64,000 nt of DNA from a virus. Its lineage: Duplodnaviria; Caudoviricetes. Under the pieces are notes generated by a model, which made no database searches, was not told the DNA's origin, and saw nothing but the letters and a program-made list of their open reading frames with translations. Shown one piece after another: positions 17,881 to 28,209 of the stretch. Each line of letters opens with the position of its first letter. The stretch's first letter is position 1. The DNA is taken from positions 160,001 through 224,000 of IMG/VR virus record IMGVR_UViG_3300028805_002025; one strand, written 5' to 3'. The position numbers and the translations under genes are program-made.

Positions 17881-20800
17881 TTAGATATCTGAAAATGAGA
17901 CACCTTCTGGGGTCAAAATGAAGTCGATTACAATGTACTCAAGAGCGTTGTAAGGCTTGAAGTAAATCTTAACTGGAAGCTCTCTTCTCTCTCTTGACTC
18001 GATTGTGTCGTTAATCTCGATTCTATAATCAGAGATACCTCTGTTACTTCTGATGCTATCCATGATTGGAGTTACGGTAGACAAGAATGACTGCTTAACA
18101 GTTGGGTCATTTGGCTCGAAGATAAGTCCTATGCAAGAGATTGCAATCAACTTTCTCATTCTGAGCAACAGTCTACGAACTGCAATACGGTTGAGCTGAG
18201 ACTCATTAATCTGAAGGTTCTTCTGACCCCAAATCTTAGGTCCATCCTGTGCGAATGTCTTGATTGGGTTGATTCTACCATCGTAAAGAACATCCTCGTC
18301 TGCCAACTTGGTGATGAAGTGTGCTCTTACACAGTCAACGTTACCACGCTCGATACCTGCTGGTGCGAACCAAGGCCATGACGTGTTATCCGTCTGTGCG
18401 AAGTTTCTAACTGCATCCTTCGTTGCTGGCAAGTAAATGTACTGACTGTTGTCAACGTCCAAGTACTTAACCCAAGGATAGTATGTACAAGAGTAGTTAG
18501 AATCAATCTCAGAATCCTCAAGGTTTCCTACCGCCTCGTCTGGGGTGTACATCTCATCAACGTAATCACCAGCGCCACTTGGTTTATCTGGGGTTGTTAC
18601 AACGTAGATTGAGTCTGCTCTCTCTTCCTCAATCATTTCGATAGCCTCGTTAACAAGAAGCTTCTGGTTCACATAGTCGATACCTGGGGTAGCGAATACG
18701 TTAATGTCGGTTGCCTCTGGGTTAGAGAACTGTCTGATTGCGCTCAAGTAAGCATACCAGTCAGATGTGATACCGTTCTGATTCAACTGTAGAAGGTCTG
18801 GGTCTTTGATTCTGTTGAATGCATAACCCTCACCGCTACCTGTATTGATATATCCTCTGTACTGAGACATCTTATACTCGTCAGTATTGGTTCTCTCATC
18901 TCTGTAGTCATCCCATCCATCGAATGCACCGTAGAAGTATACCGTAAACTTACGAAGATTTACATACTCATAGATTGAACCATACATTTCCTCCTCTGTT
19001 CCAATCATTGGAATACCCTGTAGAATTGATGTTCTAGAGTCTGTAGATACACAGTCAAATACATAACCGCTTACACCATCTACAGTATATTTCTCTGCTG
19101 CTAGACCACCATTAACACTGTCAAGCCTTGAGTCAAGGTGGAATCCATGAGACATAAACCTTGGGTCATTGATATATGCCTTATTACCCTTGAAGGTGAA
19201 GTTGTCAATATCGACACCAACCCAAGAAGAAAGTCCAAAGTACTGCTTCCTGTTCTTAACGTCTGGGTTGAAGAATCTGTTGTACTTCAAATCTGGCATT
19301 GTTATACCAGTCTTCTTCTCACCTGTTATTGGTAGACCACCGTAGTTAGGTACTGGGTATCCCAAGAATCCAGCAGGAACTGAAGTCCTTGTAGCTGTAG
19401 ACTCGATAACCTCAACTGTAATATACTTAGACTTAGACTCGTATACACCGTCGAATGTACCAATCTTGTAGCCAATGAAGCTTGAATCACCAGGAGTCAT
19501 AGAACAACGTCCGAATCTCTCAAGTGGGATGATAGACTCATCCACATCATCGATTCTACGTACAACTACGTCGAATACACCCTCATCTGGTCTGATATTC
19601 TCGATAGACACCTTAATCTCGTAGTTTGCACTGTTACCATCAGAAATGGTGTGGAATCTGAACAACTTGTTAAGCTCAACATGCTCATAGTCACCCTTCA
19701 AGTTAGAAACAATCCAAGGTGTAGAAGCATATCTGTAAGCTGACTTATAGTCGTTAAGGTCAAGCTCTACGAATGCAACATCTTCTTTATTACCAGTCTC
19801 ACCATTCATTCTGTAGTAAAGACCATCATATGTGTTCAACACCAATGTAGCAAATTCTTTCTTAGCGTTTATTCTAGAAAGCTTGGTTTGGCTTTCAATT
19901 CCCTTTGTACCTCCGCTAAGAAGGTTTCCGTACATATTTGTTGGGTCAAGAACTTTATCTTTATCGGATACTGTAGCTCCTGGAGCATATTCGTCTACCA
20001 CCTTATTAACACTGTCTACAGTATAGAATCCATAATAATAATGTCTCTTACCATCAGCAGTTGTATACTGTCTTACGGTATAAATCTGACCAATCTGCAT
20101 CTTGAACTGTGCTGGTATCGTATCAGCAACTGCCTTGTCGTCTTCCGTTAGACAGGTAAACGCATTTGTTATAGCTGTGTTTCCTATAATAGCAGTTGTA
20201 ATCGCTGAATTAGCTACAACAACAATTTTACCAGATTCATCTTTTGTCTTCATACCAACCATAATAGGATTTCCAGTGTTGTAGTCCAATGCTACGCATG
20301 TGAATGCACTATCGCTAGCTGCTGCCTTATCAGCAAGGAATCTCTGTCCTACATGTCTTCTTCTAAGAGAAGTTGAAGGCATTGATACTATGCTGCTAAC
20401 TGGCTCATGGTGGCAATAGTCAGCTGTGTAGTAAACCTGGAATCCAGAAAGAGCACCATCAATCTCTGTAAGTCTGCCCTCTGCAATACCCTGGTCAAGT
20501 GCTACGTCATAAAGTGACTCAACGAAGATATAAGCATCACCATCATATGGCTTTGTACCAAGTACGTTAAGGATGTACTCCTTATCATATGGGTTAAGCG
20601 ATACTGCATACTCAAAGTAACCATTCTCGAATTGCTTCTGTGTAATTATAGTGTCAACATCGCTCTTACAATGAGCACCATATACACCCACAAGTTTGAA
20701 TCTACCGTGATTGTACTGTGAAATAGCATTCCAAGAATCACCTTCAACACCTGTTATTTCATAGCCTTCGCACTCATCACCATCACTGTTGATTGGTATA

Positions 20801-21354
20801 TATGGCTTAATCTGAAGTGCGTTAAGGTTATATTCCTTCTTTGAGCAGTCATTAACCTCACTATCAGAAAGTGCTGGCTCACCAACATAGAAGCTCAATG
20901 AGTCATACTTTGAAGGCTCACAGGTACAAACCGTAGTAAAGCCTGTCTGGAATGGCTTGTAAGTACCACGTGAACGAAGGAGAGCTACTGCCTGTCTATT
21001 ACCAGTACCTTTAGATGCTGTAACAAGCCAAGCAGGACCTGCATTATAACCACTAAGTCCAAGCACACGAACAACCTTAAGCTGCTCACTTTCAGTCAAA
21101 TATGACTTTGCAATGTAAGGCAACTCATATTTAGGGTACTGACTTCCCTTAAACTTCTCAGTACTTGTTCCACCAAATGTCTCCTGGAACTCACGCCAGT
21201 TGGCGATGTCCATTGGCTGGAAAGCAGGACCTTTCAAGGTCTCACCCACAACACCAAGTGTTGTGATACCAAGGCTACGAACTGCGTAAGTCATGTCGAT
21301 TTCCCTGGTATATATACCTGGTGAAACATGTATTCCTCTTGCATTATCTGCCAT
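17881..21354 (-). CDS. Tail sheath protein (T4 gp18-like, enlarged by insertions)
   Basis: HVSPGIYTREID, GETLKGPAF.P, PWFAPAG..RG, LY..RINPI, IWGQKNLQ, LNRI.VRRLL, FEPND, LEYI.IDF. Confidence 0.96.
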   Translation of the reverse strand: MADNARGIHVSPGIYTREIDMTYAVRSLGITTLGVVGETLKGPAFQPMDIANWREFQETFGGTSTEKFKGSQYPKYELPYIAKSYLTESEQLKVVRVLGLSGYNAGPAWLVTASKGTGNRQAVALLRSRGTYKPFQTGFTTVCTCEPSKYDSLSFYVGEPALSDSEVNDCSKKEYNLNALQIKPYIPINSDGDECEGYEITGVEGDSWNAISQYNHGRFKLVGVYGAHCKSDVDTIITQKQFENGYFEYAVSLNPYDKEYILNVLGTKPYDGDAYIFVESLYDVALDQGIAEGRLTEIDGALSGFQVYYTADYCHHEPVSSIVSMPSTSLRRRHVGQRFLADKAAASDSAFTCVALDYNTGNPIMVGMKTKDESGKIVVVANSAITTAIIGNTAITNAFTCLTEDDKAVADTIPAQFKMQIGQIYTVRQYTTADGKRHYYYGFYTVDSVNKVVDEYAPGATVSDKDKVLDPTNMYGNLLSGGTKGIESQTKLSRINAKKEFATLVLNTYDGLYYRMNGETGNKEDVAFVELDLNDYKSAYRYASTPWIVSNLKGDYEHVELNKLFRFHTISDGNSANYEIKVSIENIRPDEGVFDVVVRRIDDVDESIIPLERFGRCSMTPGDSSFIGYKIGTFDGVYESKSKYITVEVIESTATRTSVPAGFLGYPVPNYGGLPITGEKKTGITMPDLKYNRFFNPDVKNRKQYFGLSSWVGVDIDNFTFKGNKAYINDPRFMSHGFHLDSRLDSVNGGLAAEKYTVDGVSGYVFDCVSTDSRTSILQGIPMIGTEEEMYGSIYEYVNLRKFTVYFYGAFDGWDDYRDERTNTDEYKMSQYRGYINTGSGEGYAFNRIKDPDLLQLNQNGITSDWYAYLSAIRQFSNPEATDINVFATPGIDYVNQKLLVNEAIEMIEEERADSIYVVTTPDKPSGAGDYVDEMYTPDEAVGNLEDSEIDSNYSCTYYPWVKYLDVDNSQYIYLPATKDAVRNFAQTDNTSWPWFAPAGIERGNVDCVRAHFITKLADEDVLYDGRINPIKTFAQDGPKIWGQKNLQINESQLNRIAVRRLLLRMRKLIAISCIGLIFEPNDPTVKQSFLSTVTPIMDSIRSNRGISDYRIEINDTIESRERRELPVKIYFKPYNALEYIVIDFILTPEGVSFSDI

Positions 21355-21418
21355 AATTTCTTTAATATTTAAATTTTATTAGTTATTTTTCTTATATATA
21401 AATATTTAATGTGTCCCA

Positions 21419-21754
21419 TTAATTACCCCAGAACTTGTTTTTTGCAACAATATTTTTAAACTCCTCATCCTCAACGGTATCCGTCATAAAGTCAATGAAT
21501 CTAAGCATTTTGGACACATCTAAGTGAACTTCTTCCTGTATTAACTTATTGTGATACTCCTTGAGTTTATCCTTGTCCTTGAACTTGTTGTAATACTCTT
21601 CCTGGAGTTTAAAGAAAAGGTTTGTAACCCTTCCAACATCCTTTAAATAGTCATACAATACACGAACATTCTCGAAAGATAAGTCAAACTTGAACCTGTT
21701 CTCTATCTCCAACAGGAATCTTTCTACAATCATCAATTTTTCTACTGTAATCAT
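21419..21754 (-). CDS. Hypothetical protein
   Basis: 111-aa ORF with TATTTAT at 21776-21782. Confidence 0.65.
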   Translation of the reverse strand: MITVEKLMIVERFLLEIENRFKFDLSFENVRVLYDYLKDVGRVTNLFFKLQEEYYNKFKDKDKLKEYHNKLIQEEVHLDVSKMLRFIDFMTDTVEDEEFKNIVAKNKFWGN

Positions 21755-21831
21755 TGTAACACTGTTTTATTAATTATAAATATCAGCCCAAACCCGAAAA
21801 CACAAAATGGGCGGTCAATAAAACCGTCCAT

Positions 21832-23169
21832 TTATTCTTCGCCCTCTGATGGGTCTATTAATATCTCCTCATTGTAATAAGGCTCATCAAGTGATGACTC
21901 TGGTACATCAAGCTTGTCGAACTTCGTGTGTGGGTCATATCCGACAAGGGTCAATACAGACGTACCGAACTCATCCTCCCTTGAAATCCTCACGGTAATT
22001 TCATCATCCTTAAGGAAAGTAATTCCATTGTCAAGATTCATTACCTCACCGTTGACTATTATCTTGAAATCGTATACATTCTCTGTCTCCACTGAATCAA
22101 GCACCATGTCCTTATCAATCTTGAATGTAAGTTCAAGTATACATTCGTCAAAATTCATGACTACCTTCATGGTCTTATAGAAGTACCTGTCGTCTGGTGG
22201 TGGGCAACACTCATCATTACCGTCAAGCTCCTCAAGAATTTCTGGTGGCGGAGGTGTAACATCCTTTAATGGTGGTACTTCGCACTCATCATCATTCTTT
22301 AATGCATTCTCCAAGAACCCAATCTTGTTTCCAGTGAACATTCCGTCAAGGCCCTCTACGAAGTGAACCTTCTCATCTTCTCTTCTGTTTTTACCCCTCC
22401 TGTTTACTATTCCAGTTGCATCAGAATCGTGTGAACTTATCACAAGTCTTGAAGGTATTCTCTCAACCTTATAGTCCTCTCTCCTTATTATATAACCCTT
22501 TAGTTTTACCTTGAATGTCTGAGAGTAATATTTACGGTCATCTATGGCGTATTCTGACTCGTCTGACACATCTTCAAGGGTAAGAGGCATTGGATGGCCA
22601 TTAGGAGAAATATAAGCCGTTATAGCATTAAATTCGTAATGCATCAGCTCATTCATTTCATTCAGTATCTCCATCTTATTCGTTATGATTGATACAGAAT
22701 ATATGAAATTGACAGCAAATGGCTGCTTCATGGTGTACTTGTCATAAGCCTCAGTACCGTTCTCCTGTAATACAGGAACGTAGAACATAGCGAAATCCTT
22801 GTGACCTGGTATATTGAAGTAACTACCCTGGTTTTCGCCCTTCTGTGGATTATTCTCACGTGTGATGGTCTTGAAATTCATTATAACATTGCCATAATCA
22901 TCCGTCTGACTCCATGTCTGTGAGTATTCACTTATCCTCTGTGTTGAATACAGCTTGTATGTAGGTAGTCTCACACCATCGTAGACAAGATTAAACTTCT
23001 TGTCAACCCAATTGAACATTTCCTGGTCTATGTCGGAGTACTCTATACTTTTTGGTATGGGAGTCCCATACTCCAAGATTAGCTTCGACATGTTGCGTCT
23101 TCTCTCCGTCCCGTAAGCATGGCGACGAAGCCTCAGCTTGTCCATATATGGCTTTGGTTGTATTAACAT
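21832..23169 (-). CDS. Tail terminator / sheath stabiliser (T4 gp15-like)
   Basis: Position upstream of the sheath gene; QPFAVNFIYSVSII.....LNE.NE...PLTLEDVSDES...RKYY.QTF...LKGY pattern. Confidence 0.55.
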   Translation of the reverse strand: MLIQPKPYMDKLRLRRHAYGTERRRNMSKLILEYGTPIPKSIEYSDIDQEMFNWVDKKFNLVYDGVRLPTYKLYSTQRISEYSQTWSQTDDYGNVIMNFKTITRENNPQKGENQGSYFNIPGHKDFAMFYVPVLQENGTEAYDKYTMKQPFAVNFIYSVSIITNKMEILNEMNELMHYEFNAITAYISPNGHPMPLTLEDVSDESEYAIDDRKYYSQTFKVKLKGYIIRREDYKVERIPSRLVISSHDSDATGIVNRRGKNRREDEKVHFVEGLDGMFTGNKIGFLENALKNDDECEVPPLKDVTPPPPEILEELDGNDECCPPPDDRYFYKTMKVVMNFDECILELTFKIDKDMVLDSVETENVYDFKIIVNGEVMNLDNGITFLKDDEITVRISREDEFGTSVLTLVGYDPHTKFDKLDVPESSLDEPYYNEEILIDPSEGEE

Positions 23170-23190
23170 TTCTATACTTTTTTATTTCCT

Positions 23191-23202
23191 ATAAATATTT
23201 AT
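23191..23202. promoter_or_regulatory. Palindromic bidirectional late promoter ATAAATATTTAT
   Basis: Perfect 12-bp palindrome between divergent starts at 23169 and 23225. Confidence 0.7.
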
Positions 23203-23224
23203 TATATATAAAAACAGAAACATT

Positions 23225-23440
23225 ATGAAGAAGATTATAAGACTTACAGAATCAGACCTTCACAAAATCGTGAAAGAATCAGTAAACAAAATACTTGGAG
23301 AACTTAAAGGATACACATATGACCCTACAGATGGAGGGTATTATGATAGATTTGGAAATGAGGCTGAATACGATGAAGATGGCGTGCCTTATGACCCATA
23401 CGAATATGAAGGAGAAGATTATCTGGGTAATCCAGTATAA
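23225..23440 (+). CDS. Small acidic protein with IRLTESDLHKIVKESV leader
   Basis: Leader shared with 57474..57722 and 57846..58274. Confidence 0.8.
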   Translation: MKKIIRLTESDLHKIVKESVNKILGELKGYTYDPTDGGYYDRFGNEAEYDEDGVPYDPYEYEGEDYLGNPV

Positions 23441-23445
23441 ACAAT

Positions 23446-23475
23446 AAAAGGACTCAAACGCTTGAGTCCTTTTTT
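23446..23475. terminator. Bidirectional intrinsic terminator
   Basis: AAAAGGACTCAA-acgc-TTGAGTCCTTTTTT. Confidence 0.85.
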
Positions 23476-24317
23476 ATTATCTTTATATCCTTAGGATTAA
23501 ATATAACGTAATTCTTGAATTTCTTCCCTGTTTCAGTGTTTGTATGCACCCACACAAGTCCTTTATAGCCAAGTTTATCATGTAGGAATTCACTTGTTTC
23601 CTTGTCACTACCAAGGAAAGACGATATTGTGCCATAAAGTGTGTTTCCATCTGTTGAATGACCAATATATTTGCATTCCTCATCCCAGAACTCTCTTTCA
23701 TAACCAGCATACGCCTCACTGCCATACTCATGTTCCTTCGTATAGTAGTTAAAGAAAACACGTGCAATTCTCATTGCCAATGCTGGACTTATTCTATCAA
23801 GGTTAAGATATCCCTTATCTGGTATTTCAACAGTATATATCATGCCTACCTGCGAATATTCCTTGGCACATTCATAACTTGTGGTAAGATAAGCACCATA
23901 TCCATAAGCTTGCTGTCCCCATCCGCTTGACATATAGGCAAAATCGAATTCATTGAAATCATGTGGCGAGCCATGAAACAGCTCAAGTTCATCAATAGCT
24001 TCCATGATGTATCTGCTAATCTTAGATTCCCAGGCATAATCTTTTCTACCAGCAGGCTCTATGAAACCGTCTGGATTATAGTCTTGCCTCATGACGGGAT
24101 GTTTAACCTCTGGAGCACAGCATTTCTTGAACAGAGGAAAGTCCCTTGCAATCTCTGTTTTCAGACTGTTAACATAGCCACCCTTTCCTCCGACACGCTT
24201 AAATCCATATCCTTTCAGCTTGGCAAATTTGTGTATTGCTGCTGGTGGTGGAACTGTTGGTAGGTTATATGCCTTGGCAATATCCCTTGCTATTGTCTTT
24301 GGGTCTAAAATCTTCAT
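23454..24317 (-). CDS. Putative ADP-ribosyltransferase (ART-PolyVal-like C-terminal domain)
   Basis: LFHGSPHDFNEFD....SG.G.QAYGYGAYLT....A.EY...IY.VEIP...GYKG......NYVIFNPKDIKII. Confidence 0.75.
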   Translation of the reverse strand: MKILDPKTIARDIAKAYNLPTVPPPAAIHKFAKLKGYGFKRVGGKGGYVNSLKTEIARDFPLFKKCCAPEVKHPVMRQDYNPDGFIEPAGRKDYAWESKISRYIMEAIDELELFHGSPHDFNEFDFAYMSSGWGQQAYGYGAYLTTSYECAKEYSQVGMIYTVEIPDKGYLNLDRISPALAMRIARVFFNYYTKEHEYGSEAYAGYEREFWDEECKYIGHSTDGNTLYGTISSFLGSDKETSEFLHDKLGYKGLVWVHTNTETGKKFKNYVIFNPKDIKIIKKDSSV

Positions 24318-24342
24318 AACAAACAATTTTTTATATAAATAT

Positions 24343-24373
24343 TTTGTTTTTTAACTTTTTTTATATATCTTTG
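24343..24373 (+). promoter_or_regulatory. Bacteroidota primary-sigma promoter for the DNA polymerase gene
   Basis: TTTG-N19-TATCTTTG. Confidence 0.85.
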
Positions 24374-24435
24374 CAATATGAAGCGATGACTATACAATGT
24401 AGCCTACAACTTCAATTAACTTAACAATTATTTAT

Positions 24436-27400
24436 ATGAAACAAATTACATCAGAGGTCGTTAATACTTTCCTTAACGGACATGACCCAATGGAGCACAT
24501 CATTACCATAGAATGTGACTACCAGGACGATAGGGTAAGTATTGTTTTTGTGAATGACAAAGGAGAAAAAAGGGTCAGATTGGACGATTTTAAGCCGTTT
24601 TTGTGGTGCAAAAACAGCGCAGCAATCAGATTATTTGGTGGTGACAGGAAAGAACTTATCTCTCAGATGAGAAGATATGGCATATCCTGTAAAAGACTTA
24701 CAACTTCGGATGATGGTAACGTCAGTGACCGTCTTGAGAATGGCTACAAGTACATGTTCTATGCGAACAGGAGAATGAGTTACCAGAAGTTCCTCAGCTT
24801 TTTCAAGGATGCTGGAGTGCCAGTGCATGAGTCGAAGAAAAACGGGCAAACTGGTGAAACCAACAGGGAATATATGGTGGTAACTCCAGTTGAACAGTAC
24901 ATGATTCAGACTGGTAAGAGACTGTTTAAGGGTTATGAGAATTATAATGACTTGAACAGATTTATCTTCGACCTTGAAACACAGGGACTTAACCCAAGAA
25001 TACATAGAATTGAACAGATTGGTATCCATACCAACAGAGGCTTTGATAAAATCATTTCGGTTACTGGTAATACCAAAGAGGAACTTGATGCCAGTGAGCT
25101 TAATGCAATTGACATGTTTCTTTACATATTGTCAATTACAAAGCCAGATACAGTTGTAGGTCACAACTCAGAGAACTTTGACTGGGACTTTCTTATTGTA
25201 AGATGTGAAGAGCTTGGTGCGGACTTTAAGGAAATGAGTTTAAAGTACTTCAAGCACCCTATCTACAAGAAGCAGAAAGAGTCGGTTCTTAAACTTGGTG
25301 GAGAGGTAGAGTACTATCGTCCAACAGTCATGTGGGGTCACATCATTCTTGATTCACTTCATGCTTCAAGAAGAGCACAGGCTATCGACTCTAACATGAA
25401 GAAATCAAACTTGAAATATGTTACCAAATACCTTGACTTGAAGAAGCCAAACCGTGTGTATGTTCCAGGTGACAAGATTACAAAAACTTGGGCTGTAACT
25501 GAAGAGAAATACGGCTTCTGTGACGAGGATGGAGACTGGTATTTAGTAACTGAAAAACATAAGCTTCTTCCAGGATATAAGATGGTTTCTGGTAGGTATA
25601 TAGTAGAAAGATACCTCCTAGATGACCTATGGGAAACCGATAAAGTGGAAGATAAACTTAATGAGTCTAACTTCCTGGTAGGTAAGATGTTGCCTACAAC
25701 ATTCTCTAGGGCTTGTACAATGGGTACAGCAGGTATATGGAAGCTAATTATGCTTGCGTGGGGTTATGAAAACAACCTAGCCATTCCAGCAGCAGCACCT
25801 AACAAGAGGTTCACTGGTGGTTTGTCAAGGCTTCTTAAGACTGGATATGTTGACCGTATTGTGAAGCTTGACTACAATTCCTTGTATCCATCAATTATCC
25901 TTACATGGCATGTATCTACGCCTATTGATACAATGAATGTGATGCTTTCATTCCTTGAATACATCCTAACCCAGCGCGAAAAGTATAAGAACTTGAAGGG
26001 AGAGGCTGGAGACAAGGCTAAGGAACTGGAGAAACAGTTGAAAGCATATGAGGGACAGGATGAAATGTTTAAGAAGAAGCTGGCAGAAGAGATACAGTAC
26101 TGGAAGATTGAGAAATCTGGTAACGATAAGAAACAGTTGCCTTTGAAGATTCTCGCCAACTCATTCTTCGGCTCTTATGGAGCACCTAACATATTCCCAT
26201 ATGGAGACGTTATCGCTGCTGAGAAGACCACCTGTATTGGTCGTATGTCACTGAGACTTATGATTTACCACTTCACAGGCATTGGATATACACCTATCGT
26301 GGGTGATACCGACGGTTTCAACTTCCAGATGCCAAGAGAGGAAGATTTCAGATATACAGCAGACCATCCTTATATTGGCAAGGGTCTTGGTCGTAACACT
26401 GTCAAGGGTAAGGAATATACTAGAGTTGAGGCTGATGTGGCTGAGTTTGAGGACTTGTTCATGGCACAGGCTTACAACGGTGGTGTAAACAAGATGGGTC
26501 TTGGTATCGATGAATACTGTGATGCTACCATCAATTTCGCCAGAAAGAACTATGCAGACCTTATGCCAAACGGTAAGACAAAGAAGGTGGGTAACACCAT
26601 TAAATCAAGGAAGATGTCTGGCTATCTGGAGAAATTCATTGATGACGGTGTAGACCTGTTGCTTAGAAACAATGGCTACAAGTTCTTGTCTAACTACTAC
26701 GACTATATAGAGAAGATTTACAACTATCAGATTCCTATCAAGGATATCGCTTCAAAGGGAAATATCAAGAAGACAATTAAGGATTATATAGCAGATTGTA
26801 ACACCCTTACAAAGTCTGGTAGTAAGAAATCAAGGCAGGCTTGGTATGAACTTGTAATCAAAGAAGACGTGAAGGTTAACGTGAGTGATACCATTTATTA
26901 CATCAATACTGGTACTAAGAAGGGTCATTCAGATGTTAAGCGTGTAACCCATTATTTCACATTTGATAATAATGGCGAAAAGGTAGAGATTACAAAGGAG
27001 GTCGAGAAATTATACAAGGAGCAGAAGGGTAAGACAAGACTTGAACTTGCTAAAGAAGCTTATCCGAAGGCTTACGAGGAAGATGAAATAATCCTCAACT
27101 GTAAGCTAGTTCCTAACGACATTGTGGATAGTGAAGAGGATGTGCTTTGCAGTGACTACGAGGGTCTTGAATACAATGTAGAGAAATATATTGACCAATT
27201 CAATAAGCGTATTACTCCATTGCTTGTATGCTTCCACCCAGATATTAGGAATAAGATTCTCATTACAGACCCTAAGGATAGAAAATTCTTCACGGAACAG
27301 GAATCTAAGCTTGTCAATGGCTATCCTAACAAGCCAGAAGACCAGGATACCTTCGAAGCTCTGATGACCCCAGAGAGGAAGGAAATCGAATTCTGGACAA

Positions 27401-27729
27401 GTATTAATGAAGTTCCTCCGTTCGTTAAGGAATGTAATATTGATTGGGATGGTCTCGTAGCAGACTTGAAGAAAACCAAGGAAACTGAAAATGACTATGT
27501 ATATCAGCTTGAGAATAAGAAATACCTTGATGCCCTCAATGAACTCACAGATGCAGATGTAAATGCATTTGAAGAAGATGGTAAATTACCAAGTTCTATT
27601 TCAAGTATTATGACGCTTGGTTCTGATATGAGACTCTATTTCAAGAAGATACCAGAGAGAACACCTTCAACAGGTGGATATGTATTTGATGATATAATGT
27701 ACAGCTTTATTGAAAACGCTGAAGGATAA
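24436..27729 (+). CDS. polB: Family B DNA polymerase with 3'-5' exonuclease domain
   Basis: Exo motifs FDLET, GHNSENFDWDF, YLLDD; Pol motifs DYNSLYPS, K...NSFFG, GDTDG, KNYA. Confidence 0.96.
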   Translation: MKQITSEVVNTFLNGHDPMEHIITIECDYQDDRVSIVFVNDKGEKRVRLDDFKPFLWCKNSAAIRLFGGDRKELISQMRRYGISCKRLTTSDDGNVSDRLENGYKYMFYANRRMSYQKFLSFFKDAGVPVHESKKNGQTGETNREYMVVTPVEQYMIQTGKRLFKGYENYNDLNRFIFDLETQGLNPRIHRIEQIGIHTNRGFDKIISVTGNTKEELDASELNAIDMFLYILSITKPDTVVGHNSENFDWDFLIVRCEELGADFKEMSLKYFKHPIYKKQKESVLKLGGEVEYYRPTVMWGHIILDSLHASRRAQAIDSNMKKSNLKYVTKYLDLKKPNRVYVPGDKITKTWAVTEEKYGFCDEDGDWYLVTEKHKLLPGYKMVSGRYIVERYLLDDLWETDKVEDKLNESNFLVGKMLPTTFSRACTMGTAGIWKLIMLAWGYENNLAIPAAAPNKRFTGGLSRLLKTGYVDRIVKLDYNSLYPSIILTWHVSTPIDTMNVMLSFLEYILTQREKYKNLKGEAGDKAKELEKQLKAYEGQDEMFKKKLAEEIQYWKIEKSGNDKKQLPLKILANSFFGSYGAPNIFPYGDVIAAEKTTCIGRMSLRLMIYHFTGIGYTPIVGDTDGFNFQMPREEDFRYTADHPYIGKGLGRNTVKGKEYTRVEADVAEFEDLFMAQAYNGGVNKMGLGIDEYCDATINFARKNYADLMPNGKTKKVGNTIKSRKMSGYLEKFIDDGVDLLLRNNGYKFLSNYYDYIEKIYNYQIPIKDIASKGNIKKTIKDYIADCNTLTKSGSKKSRQAWYELVIKEDVKVNVSDTIYYINTGTKKGHSDVKRVTHYFTFDNNGEKVEITKEVEKLYKEQKGKTRLELAKEAYPKAYEEDEIILNCKLVPNDIVDSEEDVLCSDYEGLEYNVEKYIDQFNKRITPLLVCFHPDIRNKILITDPKDRKFFTEQESKLVNGYPNKPEDQDTFEALMTPERKEIEFWTSINEVPPFVKECNIDWDGLVADLKKTKETENDYVYQLENKKYLDALNELTDADVNAFEEDGKLPSSISSIMTLGSDMRLYFKKIPERTPSTGGYVFDDIMYSFIENAEG

Positions 27730-27766
27730 AAAAAGAGGCTAGATTGTTTCTAGCCTCTTTTTTTTT
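27728..27766. terminator. Bidirectional intrinsic terminator
   Basis: AAAAAAGAGGCTAGA-ttgtt-TCTAGCCTCTTTTTTTT. Confidence 0.9.
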
Positions 27767-27773
27767 AACATAT

Positions 27774-27920
27774 TTATCCTCTCACAATTCCGCAAATCAA
27801 CAATGCAATCATCATAACCATTTCCCCAAACATCATATTCCACCTACCGTCATCCATATACAGTGTATAAACCACATATGGAAACCTAGCAACACTAGTA
27901 ATTAAAACGTATTTATCCAT
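27774..27920 (-). CDS. Small hydrophobic protein (48 aa)
   Basis: Read manually: MDKYVLITSVARFPYVVYTLYMDDGRWNMMFGEMVMMIALLICGIVRG. Confidence 0.4.
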   Translation of the reverse strand: MDKYVLITSVARFPYVVYTLYMDDGRWNMMFGEMVMMIALLICGIVRG

Positions 27921-28026
27921 TTTATTTAAAATTATTTTAGATTATAAAATCTATTTTTTAATTCGTAAAATAAATAGATGAAAAATAAAAATAGCACCAT
28001 TTCTGGTGTCATTTTTGCAAAGTTTA

Positions 28027-28209
28027 TTATCTTTTTAGTTCTTCAATCAACTTATCGGCGTATGAAACGGCAATATCAGATATTTGTTTCTTAAATATAA
28101 ATTGGAATATGAATGCCATAATACTATTTGATAATATGGCATTCATTATGTTAATAGACGCATCTATACGCACTTGATTCCAATTTATATTTTCTTTAGT
28201 CATAAGCAA
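28027..28209 (-). CDS. Small hypothetical protein
   Basis: INWNQVRIDASI..M..I...AV.YAD.LIEELK pattern, recalled from Bacteroidota phage proteins. Confidence 0.6.
   Translation of the reverse strand: MLMTKENINWNQVRIDASINIMNAILSNSIMAFIFQFIFKKQISDIAVSYADKLIEELKR

Noticed and set aside
24436-27729. Intein or intron in the DNA polymerase
   Set aside because: The ORF is continuous, catalytic motifs are in normal order, and no intein splice or LAGLIDADG motifs were seen.
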